Shown in pieces: positions 48,940 through 62,016 of a DNA stretch of 64,000 bases. This stretch comes from Camelus ferus. Taxonomy: Eukaryota. Under the pieces are notes generated by a model. The model did not search any database. It saw nothing but the letters and a program-made list of their open reading frames with translations, and was not told the origin of the DNA. Every line of letters begins with the position of its first letter. Within the stretch, counting starts at the first letter, position 1. The translations under genes were made by a program, and so were the position numbers. The stretch is from the NCBI RefSeq assembly GCF_009834535.1, contig NC_045697.1:59646001-59710000 (forward strand), given 5' to 3'.

Positions 48940-51489
48940 AAAAAGAAATCGTCACAATAGTATGCACAGTTTGGGAGCTGACATCACTTTTTTAGTTATA
49001 TAATGCCACATCTCTTTTCCTTATTATAGTTAGCATCTAATATCCAAGACTGAGTTTTGGGATCCTTGGCTCCAAAAATATTATAAGTGCATTAATAAAT
49101 ATTTTCAGAATTATATTGAATATACATGAAAATCATGGAAATAGTAGAGCATCTGTTTTATATTACTGAGGTAATTATCCAAACATACTTACTTGTATTT
49201 TGTGGCTTTATGTTTTAATATAAGCCCAGCCTATTTTTCCAGCATCCTAGAACAATTATATTATAATGCTTTTTCACTTAAACATTTAATATATATGTAT
49301 ATACATACACATATATTATATGTATGTACCAATTAGATTACACTAGTAATATAAATCTTATTCCTATTTTATGCTCCCAGCCAATGAAAGCCAGTGAATA
49401 AATCTGTGGTATACATCCTTGGTCAAAAGGTTTATTGCACCACTTCACCAACACCGAGCCTATAAGCACTAGACTGAGCCATCGTAAATTCAGTAAGATG
49501 TAAAATATCTGCTGTTTACTGTGGTTTCATGTTAATTAATATTTTCCAATTTGTAAGCAAGTGATAGCAATATTAGCACTGTTCAATACATCCAAAAAGA
49601 GAATTTCAAGAAGATTCAAGGAATGTATAATATAGCACACAGAGCTAAAGTTGAATTGGAAATTACAAATTTATAGAAGTATCCACACGTTAGGAACTTA
49701 ATAAATATCACTTTTCCTGGGAAAATTACTCAATAATCATATAACTGTAGCTGAAAGTAACTATGATCTAAGGCATGTCATTACCTCAGTAGATGCAAAG
49801 AGATGAGAAGAGTGACCACCAATCTACGAAGCGAGAACTTAGAGCTGATTTTAAGAGTTCCTTTGGTGGGGATGCATGACCTCTCCTCTGACTCCAGGCA
49901 AAATACGATATGCAAGTGCTAAGACATTTTTAATATGAGCACTGTTGTCTGTGTATTTGGTGCTGCATTTTCGGTGGATAGGGCAACCTACTACTGAGCA
50001 GTTTATTATCCTTACACAACATAAAAACCAAATTAAAAGTTCCTAGAGTAGTCACCTGAGAGGTGAGCATGATACCTGATAACAGCACAGTCATGGAGGA
50101 CAGCAGAAAAAGGTCTACTGTTGTCACAAATACATTGTTATGTGCAAAAGAAAGGTACAGATGAGAAGAGAAAGGAAACCCTTCATGAAAGATGGGATGT
50201 TGGATATGATCACAAAGAAAGTGTAGAGTTTGCCTAAACAAAGAGGAGGCAAAGCCTTCTTGTTGAAGGAGGAGGTTGGCAGCTACAGTGTTCCTAGTAG
50301 ACCTTCAGACTTGAATAGGGCAGCCTCGTTGCTGTGGAAGATTTGGGTACAGAAAGCAGGGGAAGAGGTTGGGAAAGTAGGCTGTGACCAAACTGTGGAG
50401 GAGCATCAATACCAGGAAACAAAGTTGGAATTTATCCTTACAGGTAACGACTCCTGAGAGAGCCATCAGCACTGTAAGTGGTGACAAGAATAACTGAACA
50501 TGAGAATTTGAGAGAACACTTTAACTTAATAAATGTATCACATGTATCACTTACCATAATGGACAGAATGAAATGATTTATTTTAATGCTGGTAGTAACA
50601 CATGAGGCCAGTGTTCTAATGAAAATGATTTGGTTTAATGAATTAACTTGTAAACCTACTGGGCAAGATATCTAATGCTATATTAGGTGCTAGGCTTAGC
50701 ATACAGCCACTTTTCAAAAAGTGAAATGTAATAATGGGACTTGTCAAGACCCTGAAGTAATAAATGTCATTAAACCCAAGAGCCAAGGAGATTGCTTCGC
50801 TTTCATTGACTCAGAGACCTAAAGTCCCAGTTTCTCGGGAAAACCTAAAAGCCTGTTAATAAATTTACATTTAAAAGAATGAATACATTATTTAAAGCCT
50901 GATTCAGGCCTTCCCATCCTAAAGGACAGGAAGTTTTACCTACAGTGATTTTACATCTTTCAAAGATGTATGGGAAAACACCCCGCTCCTAATCACCAAA
51001 TTAAATAGAATTTGCTAGCATTGGTTTAATCAGTACCCTGTAATCAAATCAGGCATGAAATCAAGTTTTGATTATACATTATTCTCCCTATTACGAACAA
51101 ATTGCCAAATCACTGGAAACGCCCCTAAGTACGGGGGAGGATGGCAAAGGATGGGGGAGGCAAATAGTTTATTTAGTAAAACAGAGAAATACAATTAGAT
51201 TTCACCCAGTTTACAGTTATTTAGCCTTCTTTTTTGAGCTCTCCTGACAGAACTGACTTTTTTCCTGTAACATTTCTTCAGTCTGCCCCCAAAAGGCAGA
51301 AACAAGTGGACATAAAACTACTTGCTTTCTATGAAATTTTTTCTAAAAATGCTTTAAAATGTACCACCATATTTTAAAAGCAAAGACTAAGACTTTCTAC
51401 TTTTCTATAACTATTCTTATTTAATTTTCCAATTTAAAGTGTTTTTTTTTTAAAAAGAACAGTTAATTTAAAAATTTTTGCTTTTTTTC

Positions 51490-51695
51490 TAGATAAAGTC
51501 ATGTTTAGGGCTGAACACCATGCCAAATCTTTTACTTACATATTCACATTAAATTCTAACAACCCTATGAAGAAGGGTTCCATTTTACAGGTAAGAAAAA
51601 GGAGGTTAACATTCTGGTCATAAAGCTACTAAGTAGCAAATGTGAAATCAAAATGTGCTTGACTCCAGAGTCCTGTTTTCTATATTATCACTATA
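51490..51695 (-). mobile_element. MIR SINE
   Basis: aacaaccctatgaagaagggttccattttacaggtaagaaaaaggagg...tgactccagagtcctg. Confidence 0.7.
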
Positions 51696-52379
51696 AAAGC
51701 CATTTTCCCATTGCAAGATTTATATATTTGCACCTGTTCAGGATGCCAGAAAGGCAGTTGATGGGTATGGGAAAAAGTACCCTCTCAGGCTAGCACACCT
51801 CTAATAAATTAAATCTTTTCAAACCTACAAATCAAAGATTTTGACTGACACATCAACTCATTCAATTAAAAAAAAGGTTTGTTGAAGACTTAATGTGTTT
51901 CTGCATCAGTTCAACAACGTACAATTATTCCACATAATCTAGTATGCTTTATTACAGGGATTCATGGTGTGGAAATTTTTTAAAAAATGCATCTATTACT
52001 AACTTCATTTTAGTTTTAGTAAAATTGGGAATGGAAAAGGTAAGTGATCTGCTGACTACTGTTCAATTGTTTATTGCAGAATTTTGCTCTGAAAGACAAT
52101 TATATGCAGAACACACAATTGGGTATTTCATTATCCAGAAAGAAAACTTAGACATAGTCTGGAGATCTCAAAAATCTTATTATTTCTACAAGACATTTAT
52201 TACATTTTAAACAAGTAGAAATACAAGAAAGCTTTGTAATTTGTTTAATGAAGATTATGGTTGAAGACCATGACTAGAATAATTTAATGAGTAAATCTCA
52301 GAAATGATCAATGGACAGAAAAAAAGCAAAATGTGGCCAAGTGAATGACAAGAATAAATCATTTGGGTTGAGAAGTGAC

Positions 52380-52620
52380 AAGAAATTTTAAAAGAAAAGG
52401 ATATTGTCTGAAAGCAGCAAGAGCAAAGTGTGGCCTGTAATTTCTTCTGGTTATCAGAAAAAGATGATGCTACATCCAGAATTCTGAAGGGAAAAATTAT
52501 ACCCCTAGAATTGAATGTTCAATTAAACCATCATTTCTGTGAGGAGAACTAAAAATCTTCTCAGACATGTACAGACAGAATCATTTACAAGAACCTGTTC
52601 TGAAAATATGAGCTTACTGT
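52380..52620 (+). mobile_element. Ancient L1/HAL1 ORF1 C-terminal fragment
   Basis: attctgaagggaaaaattatacccctagaattgaatgttcaattaaaccatcatttc...aaaatcttctcagacatg. Confidence 0.55.
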
Positions 52621-52659
52621 ACTTTTAGAAAATATACACTAAAACGAGACAGGTAGTGT

Positions 52660-53125
52660 TTGTCTTCATCAATACAACAACATTTATTGCACTTTAACGA
52701 TGTACTAAGCCCTGCAAGCAGGAGAAGGGTATACAAAAGTGATCAAGACTGATTTTTTTTTTCCCCACAAAGAGCTCAGGAAACAACAGAGTAGCAAATA
52801 ACAATGTAAGAGGATAAGGGCCAAAGGAAAGGCACAGTTCGCACAATATCCCACAAAGGGGATACATTTGTGGAAAAAAATAGACTCTGCCTAGCAGGAG
52901 AAAGGGAAGGGGGATGATCTCAGGGTGTTTTAGACAAGGTGTCACCTTCACAAATATGTCACCTTTACAAATGAGTAGGAGTTTGCTGCATGGAAAAGGG
53001 GACAGGTTAGATGAAGAATAGAAAAGGGACCAGCAGGTAAATAGAGTAACATAAACAAAGGCAAAGAAATTAATTCTAAAATAGCTAAGGTAAGGCAAGA
53101 CCTGAAGAACACATAGAAGTTAATT
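52660..53125 (-). mobile_element. L2 fragment
   Basis: caacaacatttattgcacttt...gggtatacaaaagtgatcaagac. Confidence 0.55.
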
Positions 53126-54756
53126 ATCTATTTTAGTTACTACATTTTACCAGTGTTTCATTCCTTCAAAACGGTAAGCCTCATACTACTTTCATGAAAG
53201 TATGTAAATGATTTTTCCTTTTTCTTTTTTAAGCCACAGACTTTTAGTTAATTTCTGGAGATTCTTTTGTTTGGGTAGAGTACCTACATTATTATATTTC
53301 TTGACTTAGAGGAGCAAATTTTAAAAAATCCCTCAATTAAGTTCACTCTGAACACCTGTGTTAGAGAAGTAATTAACCATGGACTTAACATCAATACTTT
53401 GTGTCCCAGAACAGACTAAGCAGTCTTTTTCAAAATGAGCACACAGATAGATATTCATTGGTTATTTCAATACGTGTTGCACAGCTGCTCACTTTCTATT
53501 AACCTACCTAGGGCTTCAGATTTAAAATGGTACTATGAGGTGAAAAAACACATACATAATAAAAAATGTCCCATTGCTCTTTCAAACAAGTTTTAAAAGC
53601 ACACTGGTAGTATAAATAGAAACATATTAGAATATCCATTGTTAATTTTGTATAGAAGGGTCTCTTACAATATTTTTCCACTTTGAAAAAAATTGCTTAG
53701 AATCCTATGGATCAGTGCATTTAGAAGTTACAAGTTTGTCACTCAGTTTGAAGTCCTTATTACCATCTGGCAATGAACTTTTGTTTCTTTTCTCATCCTG
53801 GTACACTCATGTTGATAACAGAGAATGCAGCCAGGCATGTACAGCCCCACACCCACACTTCAGTTAAAATCTTTCTTCCTGTCCCATGAAGCCAGCGCTG
53901 CTGAACTGCAATCTTTCTCTGTGTACAGAGATACTCTTTTGAAGCATAACATGACATCAAATTCAATGTCATTTTCAAGTAGATTAAGTTGCCTTCACAG
54001 TGCCAATATTGATAAACAGCCACTGTTGTAGAGATGATGGGTTTTCTATTTTTTTTAAAGCAACCAGTGCACATATTTGGACGCAACAAACACCTCCCTT
54101 TCTATACAGAACTTACAAAAGACTCCACAGGATCCCTGGCTTCATGGGCTCTGCGCTAGCAGGCCTATTTACTCCTACTGTGGCAAGCATATGTCTGCAC
54201 CGTTCACGAACAGTTTACAGCTTTGTCAGGCATCAATTGCAGCAAATGTCTGCTTTTCTGTATTTGATTATACCTTTTGTTCATTTTTTTCCTCAAAGCC
54301 CTTAAGTCAGAGGTTTTCAAGGACTAACACAGAAAAGGGCAAGTGGGAAGCAAAATGTGCACACAGGTCACGTCCTCAGACCCCATCTAGGACCCTAACA
54401 GGGCTCACAACATTGGGGATCACTGGGTTTTCTGTCCTTTGAACCTATTCCAAGGATATTTGGAATAGAGTAACCCTCTAAACTGGTTTCTAAATATAAA
54501 CATGTTACAAGCTTTACTTTTCTTACCAGATACCTATTGATATTTTTCACTGTCTCAGCACAGGTTTTGCATAGAACAAGTACATGCACAAATTCTGGAG
54601 ATTTTGACATTAGCATTCTACTAGATCTATATGTAACAATATAAAGAGGCTAAGAGCTTCGTGTTGACAAAGACAAGATTTCTGTTGCTATTGGTGACAT
54701 AATGTTTTTTCATCTAAATTATAAGCTCTTTTGCAGGCTAACATTTATATCCATCC

Positions 54757-55410
54757 TATTTTAGACCTTGATCCCTAGAAAACAAAACCTGAGGCAAGGA
54801 TTATTGCTAGTCTTTGATTTAGGAGGTACAATCAAAAGGCAAGAAGAATAAGGGAAATGGCAGGTGAAACAGGGAAGCATGGGAAGCAATGCAAGTGGTA
54901 CTTCATCAAATTCACCAATAAATGCAAAGAGATGCAGCCAGCTGCTCAGCGGGTTCACCTATTCAGCAACATAGGACATATCTCCCCAGCAAGGTGTACC
55001 CAATGGTCGGGGAGGGGGGTAGGAAAAAGGGCAAATTTGTTTGCCCAAATCTCTGTAGACTTCTTTATCAATGGCCAATGTTTCCCCATAGGGAAAAAGC
55101 TCCACTTTACTTCCAATATGTATGTGCTAACCTTTCTTTACTTAGTTAGGAAGCCAGACCTCATGCTCTATGGTGGGTGCCTCATTCAATTGGTAAGTGG
55201 TGAGAGAAATCATGAAGTGAGGTCATGTGGCAGATTGGTGTGACTATATGGAAATAAACTAAGAAGGTCCAGCTCCACTAAGCAAACATCTAGTCTACTC
55301 CAGGCAGCAAAACCACATGGGCTTAAGCTATTATACTCAGTGGCTAAGGGTCTGGGAAATGATGGTCCTGAGTGAATAGGAGGAGGCACTTGAAATCTGT
55401 CCAATACTCA
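54757..55410 (-). mobile_element. Old ERVL-type LTR (LTR16/LTR40/LTR41-like)
   Basis: ccctagaaaacaaaacctgaggcaagga...tttaggaggtacaatc...gtgaaacagggaag resembles the antisense 3' end of these LTRs. Confidence 0.55.
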
Positions 55411-56220
55411 ATAAACCCCGTAGGACGTATTTACTGCATTGTTTCTGTTAGTTCTTTTTGATGCTGCCCATCAGGAAAGAGGTACATGATTATTGATGAT
55501 GAGGAGGGTGACAGTCAAAACAGCAAGTTCTTAGGTTGAAAAATAGTATTAATACATTATATTCACTGGTTATCAGTTAGTAGATACTTTACATGGGTAA
55601 CAATTAAGTCAAGGCCAGAAATAAAATAGCCAGTATTATTTGAGAGCCTTTGCTGTAGGAATTGGTCTAATTTCTGTGGATAGAAAACTGATTAAAACTG
55701 AAACTTCACACTCAAGATTTACAGCTTAACAGGAGTTACATGAAAGTATATTAAAAAGTATGATCTTAATAATTATAAATAAAAGTAACCTCAGGATATT
55801 ATTGGATTATAGAAGAGGAAAATTCAAAAGACTTGGGGGTAGCACCGATTCTTTAAGGGAAAAGTTAACCCAGTCTCAAAGGAAAAGAAAAGAGTTAATC
55901 AGGTGAATAAAACAGACAAACTCATTACAGGAAATGACAACAGATTGTTCAAACAATTGGAGGAATGAAAGTGTTCCGTGTATTATGAGATCAGCAAGAT
56001 GTTGTACTTAAGGAAACAGTAAGAGTTGAGACTGGGGCCTTGTGTGATCAGCTTAAGAACTTTAGTTCAGTCCCCAAGGCAGTGGGGGCCTGTCAATAGA
56101 TTCGCAAATCAGTGACAATACAGGTTCTGAGTTTTGGAATATCACTCTAGTTGTAGAACAAAACTAACTGGAAATGTCCAAGGAATGGAAGAGACTAGTC
56201 AGGACTTTGTTGTGTGGATG

Positions 56221-56767
56221 TGTGGAAATAAATGAAGACCAACCAAATGAGAACAAGCAAGGTTATTTATTCAGAGCTTCCTATAGCAAGGGAGTCAGCC
56301 ACCATCACTTGCATTCTGGCTGAGACTCAAAGGCACACAGAGGTGTAGGAAAGCTTTATAATGAAAAAAGGGAAGACCTCAGGTATGCCCTGACTGCAGG
56401 CCATTGGCATGGGGAAGCTGGAGGTGGGCTAACTAGAAATAGGCATCCTGCGTGATTGGTTAGTGGTGCATATTTGGCTTTATCTGGTTGGTCCTAAGTT
56501 AGAATCGGGGCAGAAATTAGGGAAGCTAGCAGTTACTAATCAAGTCCTAACCATTTGGGGCCAATTTTTATAGAAGTTACTGTTTAGCTTCCTGGATCGT
56601 TACTAGAGATAGTGTTCTGAGTTCCTATAAGTCTGATTTATGACCGATTGGCTCCCTGGGTTTGTTATTGTACATAAAAGGGTTGGTTTTCTGGACAGGT
56701 TGCTGCGTGTTGTGAGATAAATTCCTATTTTTATACATTGTCTGGCCATTGTTCATTTGTATATTCA
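56221..56767 (-). mobile_element. ERV1 solo LTR, MER89/MER90-like
   Basis: The reverse complement runs tgaatatacaaatgaacaatggccagac...ccaatc...tataaagc...gaataaataacc...tttccaca, with TG..CA ends, CCAAT, TATA and a poly(A) signal in LTR order. Confidence 0.85.
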
Positions 56768-56967
56768 GTTTCTCAGTTGGTCTAGTCCAATTATCACATA
56801 GAGACTAAAGAAAAGTAGTAGCAGTGAGGATGGGATTACAAAGATTTTAGAAGAAGTTATAATGTAATTTTTGTAATAATGTGTATGTGAAAGAAAAGAT
56901 ACAGACATATTTGTATTTGAGGTTAAATTACATTTGGTGTAGCAGTAATCAGAGCAAGAGGAACACA

Positions 56968-58141
56968 GTAACAAAATAAAAAATAATCAAGTGGGGTCAC
57001 ATCAAACTAAAAAATGTCTAGATGGCAAAAGAATGATCAACATATTGAAAAGCAAACCTAGAGAATAAAAAAAACTTCAAATCATATTTAATAAGAGGTT
57101 AATATGTAAGATATATAAAGGACTCATATAACTCAATAGCAAAAACCAAATAATCCAATGGGCAAAGGACCTGAATAAATATTTTTGTTAAGAAGGTACA
57201 TGAATGTCCAACAGGTACATGAGAAGGTGATTGATATCACTAATCATAAGGAAAATGCAAATCAAAACTATGAGTTATCACCTTATGCCTGTTAGAATGG
57301 CTACTGTCAAAAGAGTTAACAAATGCTGTCAAGGATGTAGAGAAAAAGAAACCATTGTGCATTGTTGGTGGGATATAAACTAGTATAGCAAGTATGAAAA
57401 AAAAAGTATGAGGCTGCTCAATAGATTAAAAAATAGAACTAAAACATCATCTAGCAATTCCACTTCTGGGATATATCTGAAGGATAATAAAAACACTATG
57501 CCAAAGATGTATCTGCACCCCCATGTTCATAACAGCATTATTAAAAATAGCCAAGACATGGAAACAACCTAAGTGTCCACTAAGAGATGAGTAAAGAAAA
57601 TGTAAAAAGTATATATAAATATAAAATGAAATACTATTTAGCCATTAAAAGAAGGAAATCCTGCCATCTGCAACAATGTGGATGGACCTTGTGGTCATTA
57701 TGCTAAGTAAAATAAGTCAGTCAGAGAGAGACAAATACTTATGATCTCACTTATACATAGAATCTTAAATAACCAAAAAAAAAAAACCCCAAATTCATAG
57801 AAGAGGTCAAGTTTGTGATTACCAGAGGAAAGGGAGGGAGAATTGGATGAAGTGGTCTAAGGGTACAAACTTCCAGTTATAAAATATATAAGTACTAGAG
57901 ATGTAATGTACAATATGATGCCTATAGTTAATGCTGCTCTATGATAAATAGGAAAGTTGTTAAGAGAGTAAATCTAGAGAAATCTTATCACAAGGAAAAA
58001 TGTTTTTTGTATCTATATAAGATGATGAGCATTAACTAAAGTAATTGTGGTAATCATTTTACAATATATGTAAGTCAAATTATTATGCTACATACCATAA
58101 ACTTATACCCTGTTGTATGTCAATTATCTCAACTGGATAAA
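56968..58141 (+). mobile_element. LINE-1 (L1MA-like), 5'-truncated
   Basis: ORF2 C-terminal motifs (gaaaatgcaaatcaaaac, gccaagacatggaaacaacctaagtgtcc) plus 3'UTR. Candidate TSD core aagaggaa (56956-56963, 58142-58149). Confidence 0.93.
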
Positions 58142-59074
58142 AAGAGGAAGAGAATGCTCTGGAGGTTGGTAGTAGAGGATGAAGATTAGTCTGTTAACTT
58201 CAGTTTGGGGCACATTGAGTATCATGTATGACGCTTAGTAGTATCCAAGCATGTAAGAATGATATTGTAGGCACTGTATCTCCAGCCCCTCTAAAAATGC
58301 CTAGAAAATAGAGCATCCTCAAAACACTTAATTTAACAAATTTAATATCTTTATTTAGCATTTGGGAGAAATATATAATTGAGAGCAAACACATAGGTCA
58401 CTATTGGTGTTACAAATCATGGTAATGGATACAATTCCATCAGTTAAATATCTAGACTTAAAGTGAAGGCTAAAGGGTCAGTCCCAGGAGAAACCCAAGT
58501 GTCAAGGGTAGAAAGAGGAAGGTGGAGAAAAGATTAATGGATGGTAGTAAAAAGAAAACTTTATGAAAAATCAAAGACGATAGTATTTAAAGAAGTTCAG
58601 TAATTCCTAACGCTTTAGAAAAAAGAGTAAGCATTAAAATGTGAGAATTTGGTGGGTAGATGATGATTGCGTAAAGTGGTGACCTTATTGAGAGCTATTG
58701 ACAATATATAAGAATATAAAACAAATATAGTAATACAGTCCAAATACTTACAAACATTATGATCATTTTTACATTAAATAAAAATTTTTTTGGTAATACA
58801 AATATGAAATATCTTATTTGCCTAAAGAATGAAGTAAAATCTTAAAATATCAATACCCGAGCTACGTAGGGACAATTCTGAGAAGCTACGAGACACCCCG
58901 GAACTTCGTCTCTCGACCTTAACTCATTTGGGGAATGGTGTATATTAATTATAGTTGCAAGGATTAGAAACATTATTATAAGCTAGAGTAACTATAAACT
59001 TGTTAGATGATGACAACACATTAAAATTTAAAATAATGGGACAACCACTAAAGGTAGAGATGTTGTATACTGTC

Positions 59075-59780
59075 TTTCATTTAACAATATCTATTATCTA
59101 CTATATGCTGGGTAGTAAGATAACAACCAGAACACAATTTTAAACCGAAAAGACATAAGGTTCCTGCCTCAGGGAGCTTATTACCATGTGGATGAGATAA
59201 ATGCTAAGAAAATAATCACATAAATAATTAATAAATTAAAATTAACATGTGATAAGTGCTATAACTGAAATGTACAAGATATGTGAGAGAACATAAGAAG
59301 AATCAATCCATTTGGGAAGATAAGGAAACAATTCCTTGAAGAGGTGAGTTTAAGCTCAAAACAGAACAGAGTGTTAAACAGATGGCGAGGAAGAGTATGT
59401 GTGAGGGGAAAGAGAGCAGGTAAAATAGTCCAGATGGAGGGTACTAAAGTTGTAAAGGTCTGAGGGGAATGGGAGAACTGAGGAGTGGAAAGAGAGTACC
59501 AGAATACACAAAAGACAAGGGGATGAAGATGTGTGGTCGTGAGCCCATGCATGGAAGTTCATGTGAATTCATTAACAGAGCATGTTAATATACTTAGTCA
59601 TTAGCCTAAGCATAATGGAAAGAGAATATGTTTTTAAGTAGGGACAGGGGCATGAGCAAATATGTATTTCAAACCTATTGCTCTGGATTTAATGGATGGA
59701 ATAGAGGAGGCAAAAAGAATAGAAGTGAAGAGAAACATTAGAGGGCTATTGTCATGTTGAAGCCACAAGGCATAACTTCC
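59075..59780 (-). mobile_element. L2 relic
   Basis: tttaacaatatctattatctactatatgctgggt...ttcctgcctcagggagctta...ttccttgaagaggtgag. Confidence 0.7.
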
Positions 59781-60061
59781 ACTAGAAATTCAGTTCAAAC
59801 AACTATATAGATACAGTCATATATATGGAAAATTAAACAAAATATTTGGAACAGAAGTTCTTAAAATGTGATGAGTATGTATATCAGTATCACTGTGGTG
59901 CTTTTTTCCCCCAAATTGAATAGGTCAATCTTCCCTTTCTAACTTTCTTGATTCTTATATTTCTTGAAGCTAGAGCTACATACACATTAAAAACCATTTC
60001 ACAAAGACTCTGATATGTTCCTCTAATATGTTCACCACTAATAACCAATTATTTAACAAGT

Positions 60062-62016
60062 TACTGAACAACAAATGGGTCAAAGGAGAAATCAAAAGAG
60101 AAATTAAAAAATACTTTGAGACAAATGGAAATGGAAATAAAACTTACCAAAACAATTGGGATGCAGCAAAAGCATCCTAAAATACAACCTAACTTTACAC
60201 CTTAGGGAGCTAGAAAAATAAGAAATGAAGTCCGAAGTTAGGAGGAGGAAGAAAATAAAAATGAGAGCACAAATAAATAAAATAGAGACCTCAAAATATA
60301 AAAAACCAATGAAACCAAGAGCTGTTTTTTTAAAAAAGATAAACAAAATTAACAAGCATTTAATTAGACTCACCAAGAAAAAAGAGAATTTAATTAAAAT
60401 CAGAAATGAAAGAGAAGATGTTATAGACCATACTATAGAACTGCAAAGAATCATAAGACACTACTATTAAAAATAGTATATCAAAAATGGACAACCTAGA
60501 TGAAGTGGACAAATTCCTAGAAATATACAACCTACCAAGACTCAGAAACAGAAAATCTGAACAGACTGATTACTCCTAGGGAGACTGAATCAAGAATCAA
60601 AAACCTCCCAACAAACAGAAGTCCAGAACTAGATGGCTTCTCTGGTGCATTCTGCCAAACATTTAAAGAAGAATTAATACCGATTATTCACAAACTCTTC
60701 CAAGAAACAGAAGAGGAGAGAATAATAACTTCTAAATACACATTATGAGGCCAGCATTACCCTGTACAGAAACCTGACAAAGGTATCACACAGAAACTAC
60801 AGGCAATATCTCTGATGAACATAGATGTAAAATCCTCAACTAAATACGAGCAAACCATGTTCAAAAATACATTAAAAGAATCATAAACAATTGAGATTTA
60901 TTCCAGGAATGTGAGGATGGCTTAACACTGGCATATCCATCAGTGTTACAACACATTAACAGAATGAAGGATAAGGATCATATGATTATCACAGTATATG
61001 CAGAAGAAAACATTTGACAGAATTCAACATCCATTTATGATAACTCTCAACAAAGTGGCTATACAGGGAATGTACATTAACATAATAAAGGCCATGTATG
61101 ACAACCCTACAGGTAACATCATACTTAACAGTAAAAAGTTGACAGCACTTCCTGAAGATCAGGAACAGACAAGAATGCCTACTCTCACCACTTTTATTCA
61201 ACATAGTTTTGGAGTCCCTAACTAGGGAAATTAGGCAAGAAAAAGAAAAAAAGTCATCAAAATGGAAGGGAAACAGTACAATGGTCACTTGTTATTATAT
61301 ATAGAAAATCCTAACAACTTCACCAACATGAAAAAGAAAAGAAATCGTTTGGACTAATAAATGAATTTAGTAAAGTTGCTGGATACAAAAAAAAAATAAA
61401 TAAATAAAACTCCAATGTGTTTCTATACCCTAGTAACTATCAGATAAAGAAATTAAAAAAAAAAATTCCATTGCAATTGCATCAAAAAAATAGAATATGT
61501 AGGGATAAATTTAATCAGGGAAAGTAAAGACCTATACACTGAAAACTCTAAGACATTGATTAAAGAAACTGATGAAGACAAATATAAGTAGAAAGATATC
61601 CATGCTCATGGACCAAAAGAATTAATACTGTTAAAATATTTATACTATCAAAGTCAATCTACAGATTCAATGTAATCTCTGTCAAAATTCCAATGGCACT
61701 TTTTCTGCAGAAATAGAACAATTTTAAAATTTGTATTTAACTGCAGAAGACAGAAAATAAACAAAGCAGCCTTGGCTATTAAGAAAAAAAAAGATGAAGG
61801 CATCATGCGTCCTGATTTTAGACTATATTACACAGCAATAGTAATCAAAACAGTATGGCATTGACATAAGCACTGACAATAGATCAATGGAACAGAATAC
61901 AGTCCAGATATAAACCCAGCCATATATAGTCATTTAATTTATAGCAAAAGAGCCAAAAATATACAATGGAGAAAAGACAGTCTCTTCAGTAAATGGTACT
62001 GGGAAACTGAACAGCT
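60062..62016 (+). mobile_element. LINE-1 ORF2 internal fragment (post-endonuclease through RT), disrupted, lacking its 3' end
   Basis: Peptide relics [16 protein letters not shown]...[19 protein letters not shown] (RT) and KINKINKHLIRLTKKKE. Many frameshifts, and it stops abruptly at gggaaactgaacagc. Confidence 0.95.

Noticed and set aside
51575..51600. cattttacag|gtaaga as a recursive splice site
   Set aside because: It lies in the MIR core (consensus cattttacagatgag) and is explained by point mutation of a repeat.
23501..54086. Shared 11-mer tttggacgcaa in two unique blocks
   Set aside because: Matches of this length are expected by chance in 64 kb, and there is no extended homology.
1..62016. 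Repeat strand bias indicating host-gene orientation
   Set aside because: L1s and LTRs occur on both strands, and the numbers are too small to infer a transcription direction.
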